A DNA stretch of 34,400 bases, taken from contig JBEIJP010000001.1 in NCBI GenBank assembly GCA_040380245.1, forward strand, positions 1 to 34,400, given 5' to 3'. Within the stretch, counting starts at the first letter, position 1. Every line of letters starts with the position of its first letter. The position numbers were made by a program, and so were the translations under genes. Under the pieces are notes generated by a model. That model saw only the letters and a list, made by a program, of their open reading frames with translations, was not told the origin of the DNA and did not search any database. Below, piece after piece: positions 25,494 through 34,387 of this stretch. This DNA comes from Acidobacteriota bacterium. Its GTDB lineage: Bacteria > Acidobacteriota > Blastocatellia > RBC074.

Positions 25494-26231
25494 TCAGAAC
25501 GCGTGATAGAGCAGGTGCTTGTAGCCGACACTCAGGCTGTCGAGCAGCGACCTTGGCAGCGTACAGATCACGACCAGGCTGATCAGCCCGTGTGAGATCC
25601 CCAGCAGTGGAAGATTGGGAGCGCGGTCGTAGACCCACGACCAGACCAATCCCCCTACCAGGGTCAGCCCCATCAGGGGTTCGTTCGGGGCGTGGAGCAG
25701 CGAGAAGAAGACCGCGGTCAGCCCAATGGCCACCCAGTGCGTTTGGCGCGTCAGGGGGGACGGATGGCTCGTCTCGCCACCAGCCAGGGGGAACACCTCG
25801 CGGAGTCGGCGATGCAGCACCCCTTGCAGAATCGTCTGCTGCGCGATTCCAGAGAGCGGGAGGAGCAACAGCGCCCTTGCGAACTCGTCGTACAGATGCA
25901 GGGATTCAGCCCACCAGCCAATCCCTAGAAGAATCGCGCTGGACAGACCGGTCGGCAGTGCCAGGAGACGGGCCGCCTTCCGTGCGTGCCCCCACGTCAA
26001 TCCCAGATCCGACGGTCGCTCCCCTCTCAACCACATTGAGCATCCAATCGTCAGCAAGGCCGGAATGCTGGCCACCAGAACCAGCGATCGATGGCTTCCC
26101 GGAACGAGGGGAACCACTCCCCACGTGATCAATAGAACCGAGAAGAGCAGGGAGAGGACCTCCAGACCACTGACCAGTCTCCTCGTCGCCCACCCATCTG
26201 GTCTGCCCTTCGGTTCGTCCCATTCACCCAT
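25494..26231 (-). CDS. CPBP-family (CAAX-protease-like) membrane protein with a degenerate motif 1
   Basis: Multi-TM protein. It has AQQTILQGVL where CPBP proteins carry EExxxRG. Motif 2 is FFSLLHAPN (FxxxH) and motif 3 is ISHGLIS (Hxxx-S). The ATG at 26231 overlaps the acpS stop (ATGGGTGA). Confidence 0.75.
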   Translation of the reverse strand: MGEWDEPKGRPDGWATRRLVSGLEVLSLLFSVLLITWGVVPLVPGSHRSLVLVASIPALLTIGCSMWLRGERPSDLGLTWGHARKAARLLALPTGLSSAILLGIGWWAESLHLYDEFARALLLLPLSGIAQQTILQGVLHRRLREVFPLAGGETSHPSPLTRQTHWVAIGLTAVFFSLLHAPNEPLMGLTLVGGLVWSWVYDRAPNLPLLGISHGLISLVVICTLPRSLLDSLSVGYKHLLYHAF

Positions 26232-26637
26232 TCCGAATCTCCTCCGCTGGCGGGATGATGCTCTCCAGGATGACGAAGGCGATGGCGCGGTCAACGGCAT
26301 GGGAGAGGGAGACGTGGCTTCGGTTGACGCCTAACTGTCCAATCAACGCTGCTGCCTGTCCGTGAAATTGGAGGTGCGGCGCCCCTTCCGGGGATGATAT
26401 GATCTCGACGTCGTGCCAGGAGAGGGCGCGGACCGGCACGGCTGCGCCAAGCGCCTTGCGGGCAGCCTCTTTGGCAGCAAAGCGCGCGGCATATCGCTCT
26501 TCACGGATTGAAAATTGCTCGCAATACGCAATCTCACCCAGTGTAAAGATACGATCCCGAAATCGAGCCCCATGCTCCTTCAGCGATCTTGCCACCCGGT
26601 CGATCTCGACAATGTCGATTCCAATCCCAATAATCAT
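26224..26637 (-). CDS. acpS: holo-[acyl-carrier-protein] synthase (4'-phosphopantetheinyl transferase)
   Basis: MIIGIGIDIVEIDRV... and ...RFAAKEAARKALG, with the typical 137-aa size. ATG at 26637. Confidence 0.92.
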   Translation of the reverse strand: MIIGIGIDIVEIDRVARSLKEHGARFRDRIFTLGEIAYCEQFSIREERYAARFAAKEAARKALGAAVPVRALSWHDVEIISSPEGAPHLQFHGQAAALIGQLGVNRSHVSLSHAVDRAIAFVILESIIPPAEEIRNG

Positions 26638-26723
26638 GTCAGGTTCGTCTTTCTTTTTCTGCCGAAGCCGGATGGCGCTGTCGACAGGAGACGCCCCCCT
26701 TCGTCGGATGAGGTCCAGGATCG

Positions 26724-27566
26724 ATGGATTCCTTTCAACTTGATCGTGTCGATTCAATGCAGCTGCTGCGTTGCTCGCCGTTGTTGGCGGCTGGGTTCGA
26801 GCACGCTTTCAGTACGCGTCAGGGAGGGGTCAGTGCTCTCCCCAATCAGAGCCTCCACCTGGGGCAGACGGAACAGGACGGAGCGGCCTCCTGGCCCCTC
26901 ATCCGCGAAAACCGCCGCCGCTTTCTCGCCAGCCTCGATCTGTCCGATTGGCCCCTCCACCTCATTCGTCAGGTTCACTCCGCGACCGTCGAGATCGTCA
27001 CCGAGTCGGGGGCCATACCGGTAGAACCTCCCCCGATTGCCGATGCCGTGGCGACCCGCCTGCCAGGGATCCTGCTCGGCGTTCAGGCGGCCGATTGTCT
27101 CCCGCTGCTAGTGGCGGATCCAGTCACCGGCGCGGTGGCGGCCATCCACGCTGGATGGCGCGGAACAGTCGAGCTGATCGTCGCACGAACCCTCGAAGCG
27201 ATGCAACGCTCCTTCGGCGCCCACCCATCGGATCTGCTGGTCGCGCTCGGCCCCGCCATCGGTCCGTGTTGTTTTGAAGTGGGCCCGGAAGTGGCGGCAC
27301 GGTTCGCGGCGATCGACCCGCTCACACGCACTCATCTACTCTCCAATCCGACTCCTGATGGAAAGGCCCGTCTCGACCTCAACCTGGCCAACCTCCATCA
27401 GCTGTGGCAGGCGGGTGTCCGACAGGACCATGTTTACGATTGCAAATACTGTACTGTCTGTCACAATAACCTCTTCTTCAGTTACCGCTTCGAGCGTGGG
27501 ACGGAACGGCCAGTTGGTCGTCATCTGGCGGTCATTGGCAGACGTCAGTCGAACCCTCTCCGCTGA
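26724..27566 (+). CDS. pgeF: YfiH/PgeF-family protein (DUF152 / laccase-domain; peptidoglycan editing factor)
   Basis: FSTRQGGVS, QVHSATV, ADAVAT, ADCLPLLV, IHAGWRGT, CTVC...FFSYR. Alternative start ATG at 26757. Confidence 0.9.
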   Translation: MDSFQLDRVDSMQLLRCSPLLAAGFEHAFSTRQGGVSALPNQSLHLGQTEQDGAASWPLIRENRRRFLASLDLSDWPLHLIRQVHSATVEIVTESGAIPVEPPPIADAVATRLPGILLGVQAADCLPLLVADPVTGAVAAIHAGWRGTVELIVARTLEAMQRSFGAHPSDLLVALGPAIGPCCFEVGPEVAARFAAIDPLTRTHLLSNPTPDGKARLDLNLANLHQLWQAGVRQDHVYDCKYCTVCHNNLFFSYRFERGTERPVGRHLAVIGRRQSNPLR

Positions 27567-27617
27567 CTACTCCAGCGATGACTCCCCGGCGATCATTTCT
27601 TTGATGACGGGAAGAAG

Positions 27618-29024
27618 ATGACGGGAAGAATTGGAATGATCATGACTTTCTCCTCTGCTCGCCGACTGCTCCTTCTGGTTGCTCTTGTCGCCTTAGTGAC
27701 TACGTCACGGGGGGTGGCGCAGCAACCTGCTTCAGGTCCCGGCCCGGAACCTTCTCCCTCCCCCTCCCAGACTCAGCAGGAGCCCGTGCCGCCGGTCGAC
27801 TCTGACGAGGACCTCCGTCGCCTGATACAGCAGGCGGGTGGCAGCGAGACCCAATTGATCACCAGCCTGGAGGGCTACCTGCGGCGGTGGCCCCGCACGC
27901 AGCGCCGCTCCGAAATCGAGGAAGAGATCTACAAACTGGCAGTCAAGGTACGGGACCGGGATCGTATCCTGTCATATGGGCCGCAACAGATTGAGCAGAA
28001 CCCTGAAAGTGTCGATGTGCTGGGTGAAATGGTGACGGCCTTGCGGGAGCGTCGACAATCGGGTGATCTCGAGCGCGCACGCGGCTACGCGGAGCAGCTG
28101 GTTCGAGAGTTCGAGTCCCTCCTGGCGGCCCGCCCCAAACCGCGCCGCCTGAGTCAGGCTCAATGGGAGGAGCAGAAGCAACAGGGGCGTGCTTCGGTCT
28201 ATTTGACACGAGGCCGCGTCTACGCCGACCTCGGAGAAGACGAGAAGGCGAAGCGAGACCTCCTGCAGAGTGCCCAACTGGCCCCTCTCGCGATCACCTT
28301 TCTGGCGCTCGCCGAGGTGGCGGAACGACGTAAAACGCCCCCTCCAGACGCTGACGAGGTGCTCGGATACCTGCGTCAGTCACTCCTTTACGGGCTGATC
28401 GAAGGCGCCGAGGATATCGACCTTCCCTCCGTGCGTCATCGTTTGCGTACCCACTACCTCGCGCGGCATCAGACAGAGACGGGACTCGGCGATCAGCTCC
28501 TGACAGACTTGGACGCCCATCTGCAACGCCAGGCGCAGCGGATAGCCCGACTTGCCCCTCCTCATTCCAACGCCAGTGCCGCCACGGGGACGGATGCGCT
28601 CGCCTTTCGTCTCTCCCGCCCGGAAGGCGCCCCTCTCGATCTGGCCACCTTACGCGGCAAGGTGGTGGTCATGAACTTCTGGGCCACCTGGTGCGGGCCG
28701 TGCCGAACGGAGCTGCCCCTTTTCGAGAAGACGATCGAGCGCTATCGCAACGATCCTTCCGTCAGTTTCCTTGCCGTGACCACCGACGAGGACCGGGAGG
28801 CAGTCCTGCCCTACCTCCGGCAGTATGGGTATCAACTTCCCGTTGTCTTCGCCGATGGGCTGGGCGAGTTCTTTGACGTTACCTCGATCCCGACGACCAT
28901 CATCCTGAATTCTGCCGGGAAGGTCTCCTCTCGGCTCCGTGGCTATAACCCTCGGGAAGACTTTGTCGCTCTGCTCCAGCAGCGGATCGAAGAGGCCAAA
29001 GCCGCTCCATCGACCCCGCAGTAA
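27618..29024 (+). CDS. TlpA-like thiol:disulfide oxidoreductase with a long N-terminal helical (TPR-like) domain
   Basis: Signal-like N-terminus. C-terminal redoxin domain VVVMNFWATWCGPCRTELP (CxxC). About 320 residues of helical repeats precede it. Confidence 0.88.
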   Translation: MTGRIGMIMTFSSARRLLLLVALVALVTTSRGVAQQPASGPGPEPSPSPSQTQQEPVPPVDSDEDLRRLIQQAGGSETQLITSLEGYLRRWPRTQRRSEIEEEIYKLAVKVRDRDRILSYGPQQIEQNPESVDVLGEMVTALRERRQSGDLERARGYAEQLVREFESLLAARPKPRRLSQAQWEEQKQQGRASVYLTRGRVYADLGEDEKAKRDLLQSAQLAPLAITFLALAEVAERRKTPPPDADEVLGYLRQSLLYGLIEGAEDIDLPSVRHRLRTHYLARHQTETGLGDQLLTDLDAHLQRQAQRIARLAPPHSNASAATGTDALAFRLSRPEGAPLDLATLRGKVVVMNFWATWCGPCRTELPLFEKTIERYRNDPSVSFLAVTTDEDREAVLPYLRQYGYQLPVVFADGLGEFFDVTSIPTTIILNSAGKVSSRLRGYNPREDFVALLQQRIEEAKAAPSTPQ

Positions 29025-29037
29025 CACCCGTCGATTT

Positions 29038-31278
29038 TCAGTGCGGCACACTCAGTCGGAACTGCCCCTTTTCATCGTAGAGCCGCTGGTAATGGCGCGC
29101 GTTGCGGTAGACACCCTGAACGTAGAGCCGAGTCTCTCGCAACGGAATCTGTTCGACCCAGTCCTCGATCTCCAGGGTCGGATTGGCGCCGACCCAGCGT
29201 GCTACGCGGGTTGGCCCTCCATTATAGGCGGCCGCAATATACTCAAACCGCGAGAACCGCTCGGACAACTCTCCGAGATAGGCCGTTCCGAGTTGCAGAT
29301 TGAGGACGGGATCGAAGAAGTCTGTCCGGCTGAGGCGCCCTCCTCCAAGTCGATTCTTTCTGGCGACAGACTGCCCCGTCGAAGGGAGGATCTGCATGAG
29401 GCCAAGCGCGTTGGCCCGGCTGCGAGCGCGTGGATTGAAGACCGTCTCCTGCCGAATCAGCCCGGCGACGAGATACGGGTCGAGTCCGTGGCGTCTCGAT
29501 TCCGCCTGAATTTGAGACCACCACGCCAGTGGATAGAAGATCTGCCAGGCCTCCCGTGGCATCTCGTCCGGCAGGGACTGCCCGTAATCCGGATAGCCAC
29601 GCTTGAGGACTTCGATCGCCGCGGCATTTTCGCCGGCATCGCGCTGGAGCTGGGCGAGCCGCAGGTTGAGAAGCGGGGAGTTGGGGGCGTCCTGGCGCGC
29701 GGCTTCCAACTCGTCCCGTGCCCAGCGTGCGTACTGAAGGCGCCGCAGCTGCTCTGCGCGCGCGACACGATCCCGCTGTTCCGGCCGCAACGAATCGGGG
29801 ATGATCCGAATCGATTGCAATGCCCTCACCGCCTGCGCCAGCGGAGATTCCGACTGCAGCGAAACCGTTTTGACCCCTTCCCGGTTGAGCTCGGCGATCC
29901 GCCGTTCGGCGTTGTGCCCAAACCAGCTCGCCCCATACCGTGTCAGAAGCCCGCGGTAGAGGGTCAAGGCGCGTGACTTGTCTCCGTGTCGCTCGTGATG
30001 CAGCGCCGCCCAGAAGGCGGCTCTGCCGCGGTGGTCCGTCACTTGTCCATATCGCGCCAGGTGATCTGTCAGCAGATCTGCCGCGGTCCGATCTTCTCCA
30101 GCTTCGTGGGCACGCCAGGCAAGAAAGAAGTGCGCCTGATGGGCTCCTTCGGCCTTTGGATATTGGCGCACCACCTGCTGATAGTAGGCGGTTGCCTCCT
30201 CTTTTCGATTTCGTGCCTCGTGGAAGCGGCCCAGGGCCAGGAGGAGGTCCCCGGTTCTCCGGTGGTTTGGATTCCCGCTCAGACTACTCCCTGACTCCGC
30301 CTGGCGCAGCCTGCCGAGGGTCGCGACGGTGCCGGCCTCATCGCCTGACGCGAGTTGGGACTTGCCCAGAAAGTAGAGGGCCTTGCCTCTCTCCGCGCCG
30401 GCGCCGGCTTCAACGCGGGAGAGAATCTCAACCGCTTCCGCGAACGCCTCTCCGCGGTAGAGATTGATCCCGGCGCGGAGCCAGACTTCATCGCTTGTCT
30501 CGACGGAGAGACGTCGGCCCAGCTCCTGATAAGCCCGACCCGCGATCAGCCACAAGCCGGCCTCCTCCAGCTTCTCCGCCCGTCGCCGCCAGAGGCCTGC
30601 ACTGAGACGTCCTTCCGCGATCTCACTCACCCCCAGGGATTGTAAGAGACCGGGCGCCCTCTCCGCTTCCATCTCCTGCGGTGACTCGAAATAGAGGCGA
30701 CGCAGCAACCGGATTGCCTCGTCGGGACGGTTGCGTTCTCTCCAGAATTCCGCCGTTTGGAGGAGTGCCGCGCCATCGCCGCGTGCCACCCATGGCCTGA
30801 GATCCTCGATCGCTTGCGAGGAGTCCCCCCTCTCCCTGGCGAGATCAGCGGCCAGGAGCGCTGCCGTGCGGCTCATCAGCGCCTGTGGATACTCCCGCAC
30901 CAACTCTCGCAGCGCCCTCTCCCCCTCCCTTGTCCGCTTTGCCTCGAGATGCGTCAGCGCCCGATGGTAGAGGGCGTAGTCAGCCAGCGCGGGATTTCGC
31001 ATCAGGCCGACTTCGTCTCCCTGGGGAGCCCGAAGTTCCTTCAGTTCCCTCGCGGCACCCCTTTGCGTCTGTCCTCCCGCGTCCAGTACGTCCCATAGAG
31101 ACACAGAGAAGACCAGGCCAACCGCGACGAGTGTTCCCCATCCCCGAGTGCCAGCTCTTTTTCTTATCCTTTTGATCCTGTGGTCAAACAAACTGAACCT
31201 CCCCTCCACGGAAGCAGAAAGAGCCAGCGCCATCCCCAGACCCACTCCAGGCTGGGAGGGACCGGCGAGACCAACCAT
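29038..31278 (-). CDS. Slt70-like soluble lytic murein transglycosylase (superhelical N-terminal domain plus SLT domain)
   Basis: C-terminal SLT motifs GLIRQETVFNP, ALGLMQILPSTG, AAYNGGP, with a long TPR-like helical N-terminal region. The start is uncertain: ATG at 31278 (GGAGG 12 nt upstream) or TTG at 31320, which is 5 nt after the upstream stop. Confidence 0.88.
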   Translation of the reverse strand: MVGLAGPSQPGVGLGMALALSASVEGRFSLFDHRIKRIRKRAGTRGWGTLVAVGLVFSVSLWDVLDAGGQTQRGAARELKELRAPQGDEVGLMRNPALADYALYHRALTHLEAKRTREGERALRELVREYPQALMSRTAALLAADLARERGDSSQAIEDLRPWVARGDGAALLQTAEFWRERNRPDEAIRLLRRLYFESPQEMEAERAPGLLQSLGVSEIAEGRLSAGLWRRRAEKLEEAGLWLIAGRAYQELGRRLSVETSDEVWLRAGINLYRGEAFAEAVEILSRVEAGAGAERGKALYFLGKSQLASGDEAGTVATLGRLRQAESGSSLSGNPNHRRTGDLLLALGRFHEARNRKEEATAYYQQVVRQYPKAEGAHQAHFFLAWRAHEAGEDRTAADLLTDHLARYGQVTDHRGRAAFWAALHHERHGDKSRALTLYRGLLTRYGASWFGHNAERRIAELNREGVKTVSLQSESPLAQAVRALQSIRIIPDSLRPEQRDRVARAEQLRRLQYARWARDELEAARQDAPNSPLLNLRLAQLQRDAGENAAAIEVLKRGYPDYGQSLPDEMPREAWQIFYPLAWWSQIQAESRRHGLDPYLVAGLIRQETVFNPRARSRANALGLMQILPSTGQSVARKNRLGGGRLSRTDFFDPVLNLQLGTAYLGELSERFSRFEYIAAAYNGGPTRVARWVGANPTLEIEDWVEQIPLRETRLYVQGVYRNARHYQRLYDEKGQFRLSVPH

Positions 31279-31325
31279 GACTAGTCGATTCCTCCGGTCG
31301 TTTCGGCCTGCTGTCGACAAGTCCT

Positions 31326-33287
31326 CTAGCGTAAGGCGGGGCCCGGATAGCTCACTCCAAGCTTGGCTGGATCCCCTTCCGCGAGCGTCTGTACCAACTC
31401 TTCGTGGTAGTAGTCGACCTCCATCGCCACCTCCGGCGAGACCCGTTTGTCGTAAACCTGTCGGCTTCGGTCGATCTCCTCCGCCAGCCGCTCGTAGAGG
31501 TCGAGGTTCCGCCTCCCTTCCTGGACTTTGGAGGCGTTGTAGAGCTTGATCTCCGAAACCAGCAGGCGCGCAAAACGACGCGCGTCATTGTGGGCTCGTT
31601 GCTCCATCTCGTCGACGATGGGGGGAGCGTCCTGGGTTCGCCCAGCGAGAGGAGGGACCGGTGGCCGATGGATGGGCGGCGGAGGTTCCGGAACAGGGCT
31701 TCTTCCCTCATCCCCTACCTTCCCGGAACCTGGTTCGTTTCGCGGGGGCTCCGGGCTTGCCGCGAACGGGAAGTGGACTCGAACCTCGTCCTCCTTCTTC
31801 TCCAACTCTTCCGGCTCTTCGGTGAGGAACGGGATCTCTCCTGCCGGAATCTCCCGCGTAATCCGTCCCATCTCCGGGCTCATCACGAAGGGGGAAAGCA
31901 GGGCCTTGTCCCTGGCTGCTGAGTCATCCTGCACTGCCACCGGCACTTTCTCTTCCTCAGCCTCCTCGCCTGGCTCGGCCTGGATGGCCTGCTCCGCTGG
32001 CATAGCCTGCACGGCTTGTTCCGTCTCGTCTCTCTGATCAGGAGGTTCGATTGTGGTTGGGGCTTCCGCCATCCACGCTGGTGTTCCCTCGGGGGCCGTC
32101 GGGGAGACCGGAGAGGTCTTCTCGGCAGCCGCGGGACTCGGCTCGGCGGGCGTGGGCGGCGCCGGCTCGGTGAACCCGGTTGGCATCGGGTCCGCTTTGC
32201 CCGCCGGAGCGGCCGCGACCTCCTCCGCTCGGGTCGACTCTGCCGGGGTGGGCTCCGGGGTGGGCGAGAGGGAAGGTTTGGGCGCCGCCGAGACCAGCTG
32301 CTTCCGGGTCGAGAGCAGCTCGATCACCAGAGCTGTCACCCGCAGGAGGATCTCGATGGCCCGCTGGTCGATTCGTTCCTCCTCTTGGGGGGTCCGCGCG
32401 TCCACATAGAGGACTGCGACGGCTTTCTCCCGAACGACCAGGGGGAGCGCCACTGCTCGTGTGGGCAGGGGGCCACCGTGGGAACCCACGACCGCTTCCA
32501 CTTGATCCGCGGTGGGATTGGCCAACGCGACCGCCTGCTGCTTCCGCAACGCCTCTCCCAGCAGCGATCCGCTCTCAACACTGCTTCTCAGGCTCGTCAC
32601 GGTGCCATCGGTGAGTCCGTTCTCAAATCCGCGGGCACGCCATCCAAGCACGTTGCCGCCCCGCACCACAAAGAAGATGGCTCGGGGCGCATAGTCGGAG
32701 ACTTGATCCAGCAGTCGCAGCAACGCCTCCTGCTGGCTGGTCTGAAGGGAGATCGATTCAATGGCTCCCCGGAGGCTGTCGAATTGGATGGAGTCAGGTT
32801 CGACCCCCTTGCGCTCCGGCTCCTGTACTGTCTGCGGCAGAGCAGTAGCCAGGTGGGAGCCTTCTTCGAGCGATCGCAGAGTTCGACCGAGAACCTCCCG
32901 GCTGCTCCTCAGTCTCTCTTCCATCTCCACAAAGCGCGCCTCGGCGGCCTTTCTCACCTCTTCGACCGCGGCTTCGACCGCCGCCGACAGCTCCGCTCGA
33001 TGCGACTCCACTTGTCTCTGGCGCTCGCTCGCGACCGCCTCCTCCATCGACCGCCAGGCCGGATCCAACTCCTGCCACACTGGCTGGCTGGCACGCTCGA
33101 TCCGTTCCTCCAATCCCTGCAGCAGAGACTGAAATTGCTGCACTTCCTGTCGCAAGGGTTGCAGTCGTCCGGCCATCAGCGACTCCATCCTCCGGTCAAG
33201 ATCGCTGCGGACTTGTTGCCACCATTCACCAGGAGCCGTCACTTCGTTCCGATCGTTCTCCACGTTCACGGTCCTTTCGTCCTCCAC
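31326..33287 (-). CDS. hypothetical protein: N-terminal coiled coil, GAF-like domain, Pro/Glu-rich linker, conserved-looking C-terminal helical module
   Basis: GTG start at 33287 with GGAGG 6 nt upstream. GAF-like core (FFVVRGGNVLGWRARGF...VALPLVVREKAVAVLYVDAR). C-terminal module (AHNDARRFARLLVSEIKLYNASKVQEGR...YYHEELV). No exact family name recalled. Confidence 0.72.
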   Translation of the reverse strand: MEDERTVNVENDRNEVTAPGEWWQQVRSDLDRRMESLMAGRLQPLRQEVQQFQSLLQGLEERIERASQPVWQELDPAWRSMEEAVASERQRQVESHRAELSAAVEAAVEEVRKAAEARFVEMEERLRSSREVLGRTLRSLEEGSHLATALPQTVQEPERKGVEPDSIQFDSLRGAIESISLQTSQQEALLRLLDQVSDYAPRAIFFVVRGGNVLGWRARGFENGLTDGTVTSLRSSVESGSLLGEALRKQQAVALANPTADQVEAVVGSHGGPLPTRAVALPLVVREKAVAVLYVDARTPQEEERIDQRAIEILLRVTALVIELLSTRKQLVSAAPKPSLSPTPEPTPAESTRAEEVAAAPAGKADPMPTGFTEPAPPTPAEPSPAAAEKTSPVSPTAPEGTPAWMAEAPTTIEPPDQRDETEQAVQAMPAEQAIQAEPGEEAEEEKVPVAVQDDSAARDKALLSPFVMSPEMGRITREIPAGEIPFLTEEPEELEKKEDEVRVHFPFAASPEPPRNEPGSGKVGDEGRSPVPEPPPPIHRPPVPPLAGRTQDAPPIVDEMEQRAHNDARRFARLLVSEIKLYNASKVQEGRRNLDLYERLAEEIDRSRQVYDKRVSPEVAMEVDYYHEELVQTLAEGDPAKLGVSYPGPALR

Positions 33288-33765
33288 CTCTTGCCTCCGA
33301 TCCCGCCCTTCCGCGGTCCCACTTCACCCTGGATGGCCCTTCGCTCAAGTCTTCCTCGATGCCGGGGCCAGGTTGGAATCCACCTCTCTTATCCTCGATC
33401 TCTTCGTCGAGCGACTCTTCCACCGCCATCCGATTCTCATTCGGGTTGTCATTTGGGACTGGGTCGCCTGTGGCGAACGAATGGTGGAAGAGGTTCACGA
33501 CAAAGGCGGATCCTGGGTCTCTCTCCCCGGAATCGCCTGTCTCAAGGAGCCACGCGCCTGCTTGGCTGAATCGCTGCCGCGATTCTCGACCATACAGGCG
33601 ACGAACGCTTACCCCGGTCACTGCCTTGTTCCGGCAGGCTCAGGTCGACTGTTCTGTTGAGTCAACCTGGATCTTCTGATCCGATGTCGCCTTTCTCGGC
33701 GAACATGACGCTCGACGCTGGCTTGAACCTATCTGCGAGATCTTCCGCCTCAGGCTCCACCGGCG

Positions 33766-33812
33766 TCTTCCTCTCTTTTGTTTTCTCTTTTTTCTTTTTT
33801 TCCTTCTTGTTG
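33766..33812. repeat. about 47-nt polypyrimidine (plus strand) / polypurine tract
   Basis: TCTTCCTCTCTTTTGTTTTCTCTTTTTTCTTTTTTTCCTTCTTGTTG, with only a few G. Confidence 0.9.
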
Positions 33813-34072
33813 CCTGTCCCGACTGTTCATCGGCTATGAAAGGGAAGGGCCCGCTTTTTCAGCCAGCGAGCCGCTTTGCTCTGAGCGCAAGTGCAGACGG
33901 ATTTCCAGTTTCAGAGGCTATCTTTTCAAAATACCGATATGTATTATTGACGCAGTTGGGAGGCTTGTCAATTTCTCTTCCTTTCTCCCCTGATCCCTCC
34001 CCTGGACAGACCCTGCGGGTCCGCGGGGAGGCTCGAGCCCTTTTCGTTTTTACTGCCCACCCCGTTTTGAGC

Positions 34073-34100
34073 TTGATTTCAAGTTCAATCTCTTTATAAT
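34073..34100 (+). promoter_or_regulatory. near-consensus sigma-70-type promoter pointing toward the right window edge
   Basis: TTGATT (34073-34078), 16-nt spacer, TATAAT (34095-34100), in an AT-richer region. Pattern match only. Confidence 0.4.
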
Positions 34101-34116
34101 GTCGCCGTGCTCCTCA

Positions 34117-34154
34117 CCTGAAATTCACTGCCCGTGGAAATGGTGTATTTCAGG
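34117..34154. repeat. 12-bp inverted repeat (hairpin) with one mismatch
   Basis: CCTGAAATTCAC-(14 nt)-GTGTATTTCAGG, about 10-15 nt downstream of the predicted transcription start. Confidence 0.8.
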
Positions 34155-34230
34155 ACTGTACTTTTGTACCGACGTAAATGCTGTCAGATGGCATCACATC
34201 ATGGCAGACTTGGCCGTGGATCTGGCGGCC

Positions 34231-34256
34231 TTCAGTCTGATTCTGCTTCAGTCTGA
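34231..34256. repeat. 10-nt direct repeat TTCAGTCTGA x2 (16-nt period), with related inverted copies downstream
   Basis: TTCAGTCTGA at 34231-34240 and 34247-34256. The complementary CAGACTG lies within CGACCAGAC at 34270-34278, and CGACCAGAC occurs again at 34314-34322. Confidence 0.85.
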
Positions 34257-34312
34257 CTTTATTGATTGTCGACCAGACTGGATTGCAATTGGTCTCGGAT
34301 TGGGTCCGAATT

Positions 34313-34387
34313 GCGACCAGACAGTTACGCAGGTATCCAAATTACCTGAGCGTGCCGTTTGGCACGTCCCTCACAAGATCTGGTCGC
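34313..34387 (+). other. 75-nt element able to fold into a closing 9-bp helix plus two 6-bp hairpins (function unknown; not a canonical tRNA)
   Basis: P1 is GCGACCAGA (34313-21) with TCTGGTCGC (34379-87). P2 is CAGGTA (34330-35) with TACCTG (34343-48), 7-nt loop. P3 is CGTGCC (34351-56) with GGCACG (34361-66), GTTT loop. Confidence 0.35.

Noticed and set aside
33226-33621. 131-aa minus-strand ORF (GTG start) upstream of, and overlapping, the 653-aa gene: either an acidic small protein or an N-terminal extension via frameshift.
   Set aside because: No Shine-Dalgarno, Arg/Gly/Glu low-complexity C-terminus, and a 62-nt out-of-frame overlap. The 653-aa gene has its own good GGAGG-6 nt-GTG start, preceded by in-frame stops.
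34313-34387. Reading the 75-nt three-helix element as a tRNA gene (anticodon-like loop TCCAAAT, CAA = Leu).
   Set aside because: No D-arm, no T-arm or T-loop consensus, C instead of U at position 33, and 6-bp instead of 5-bp stems. It is reported only as an unexplained structured element.
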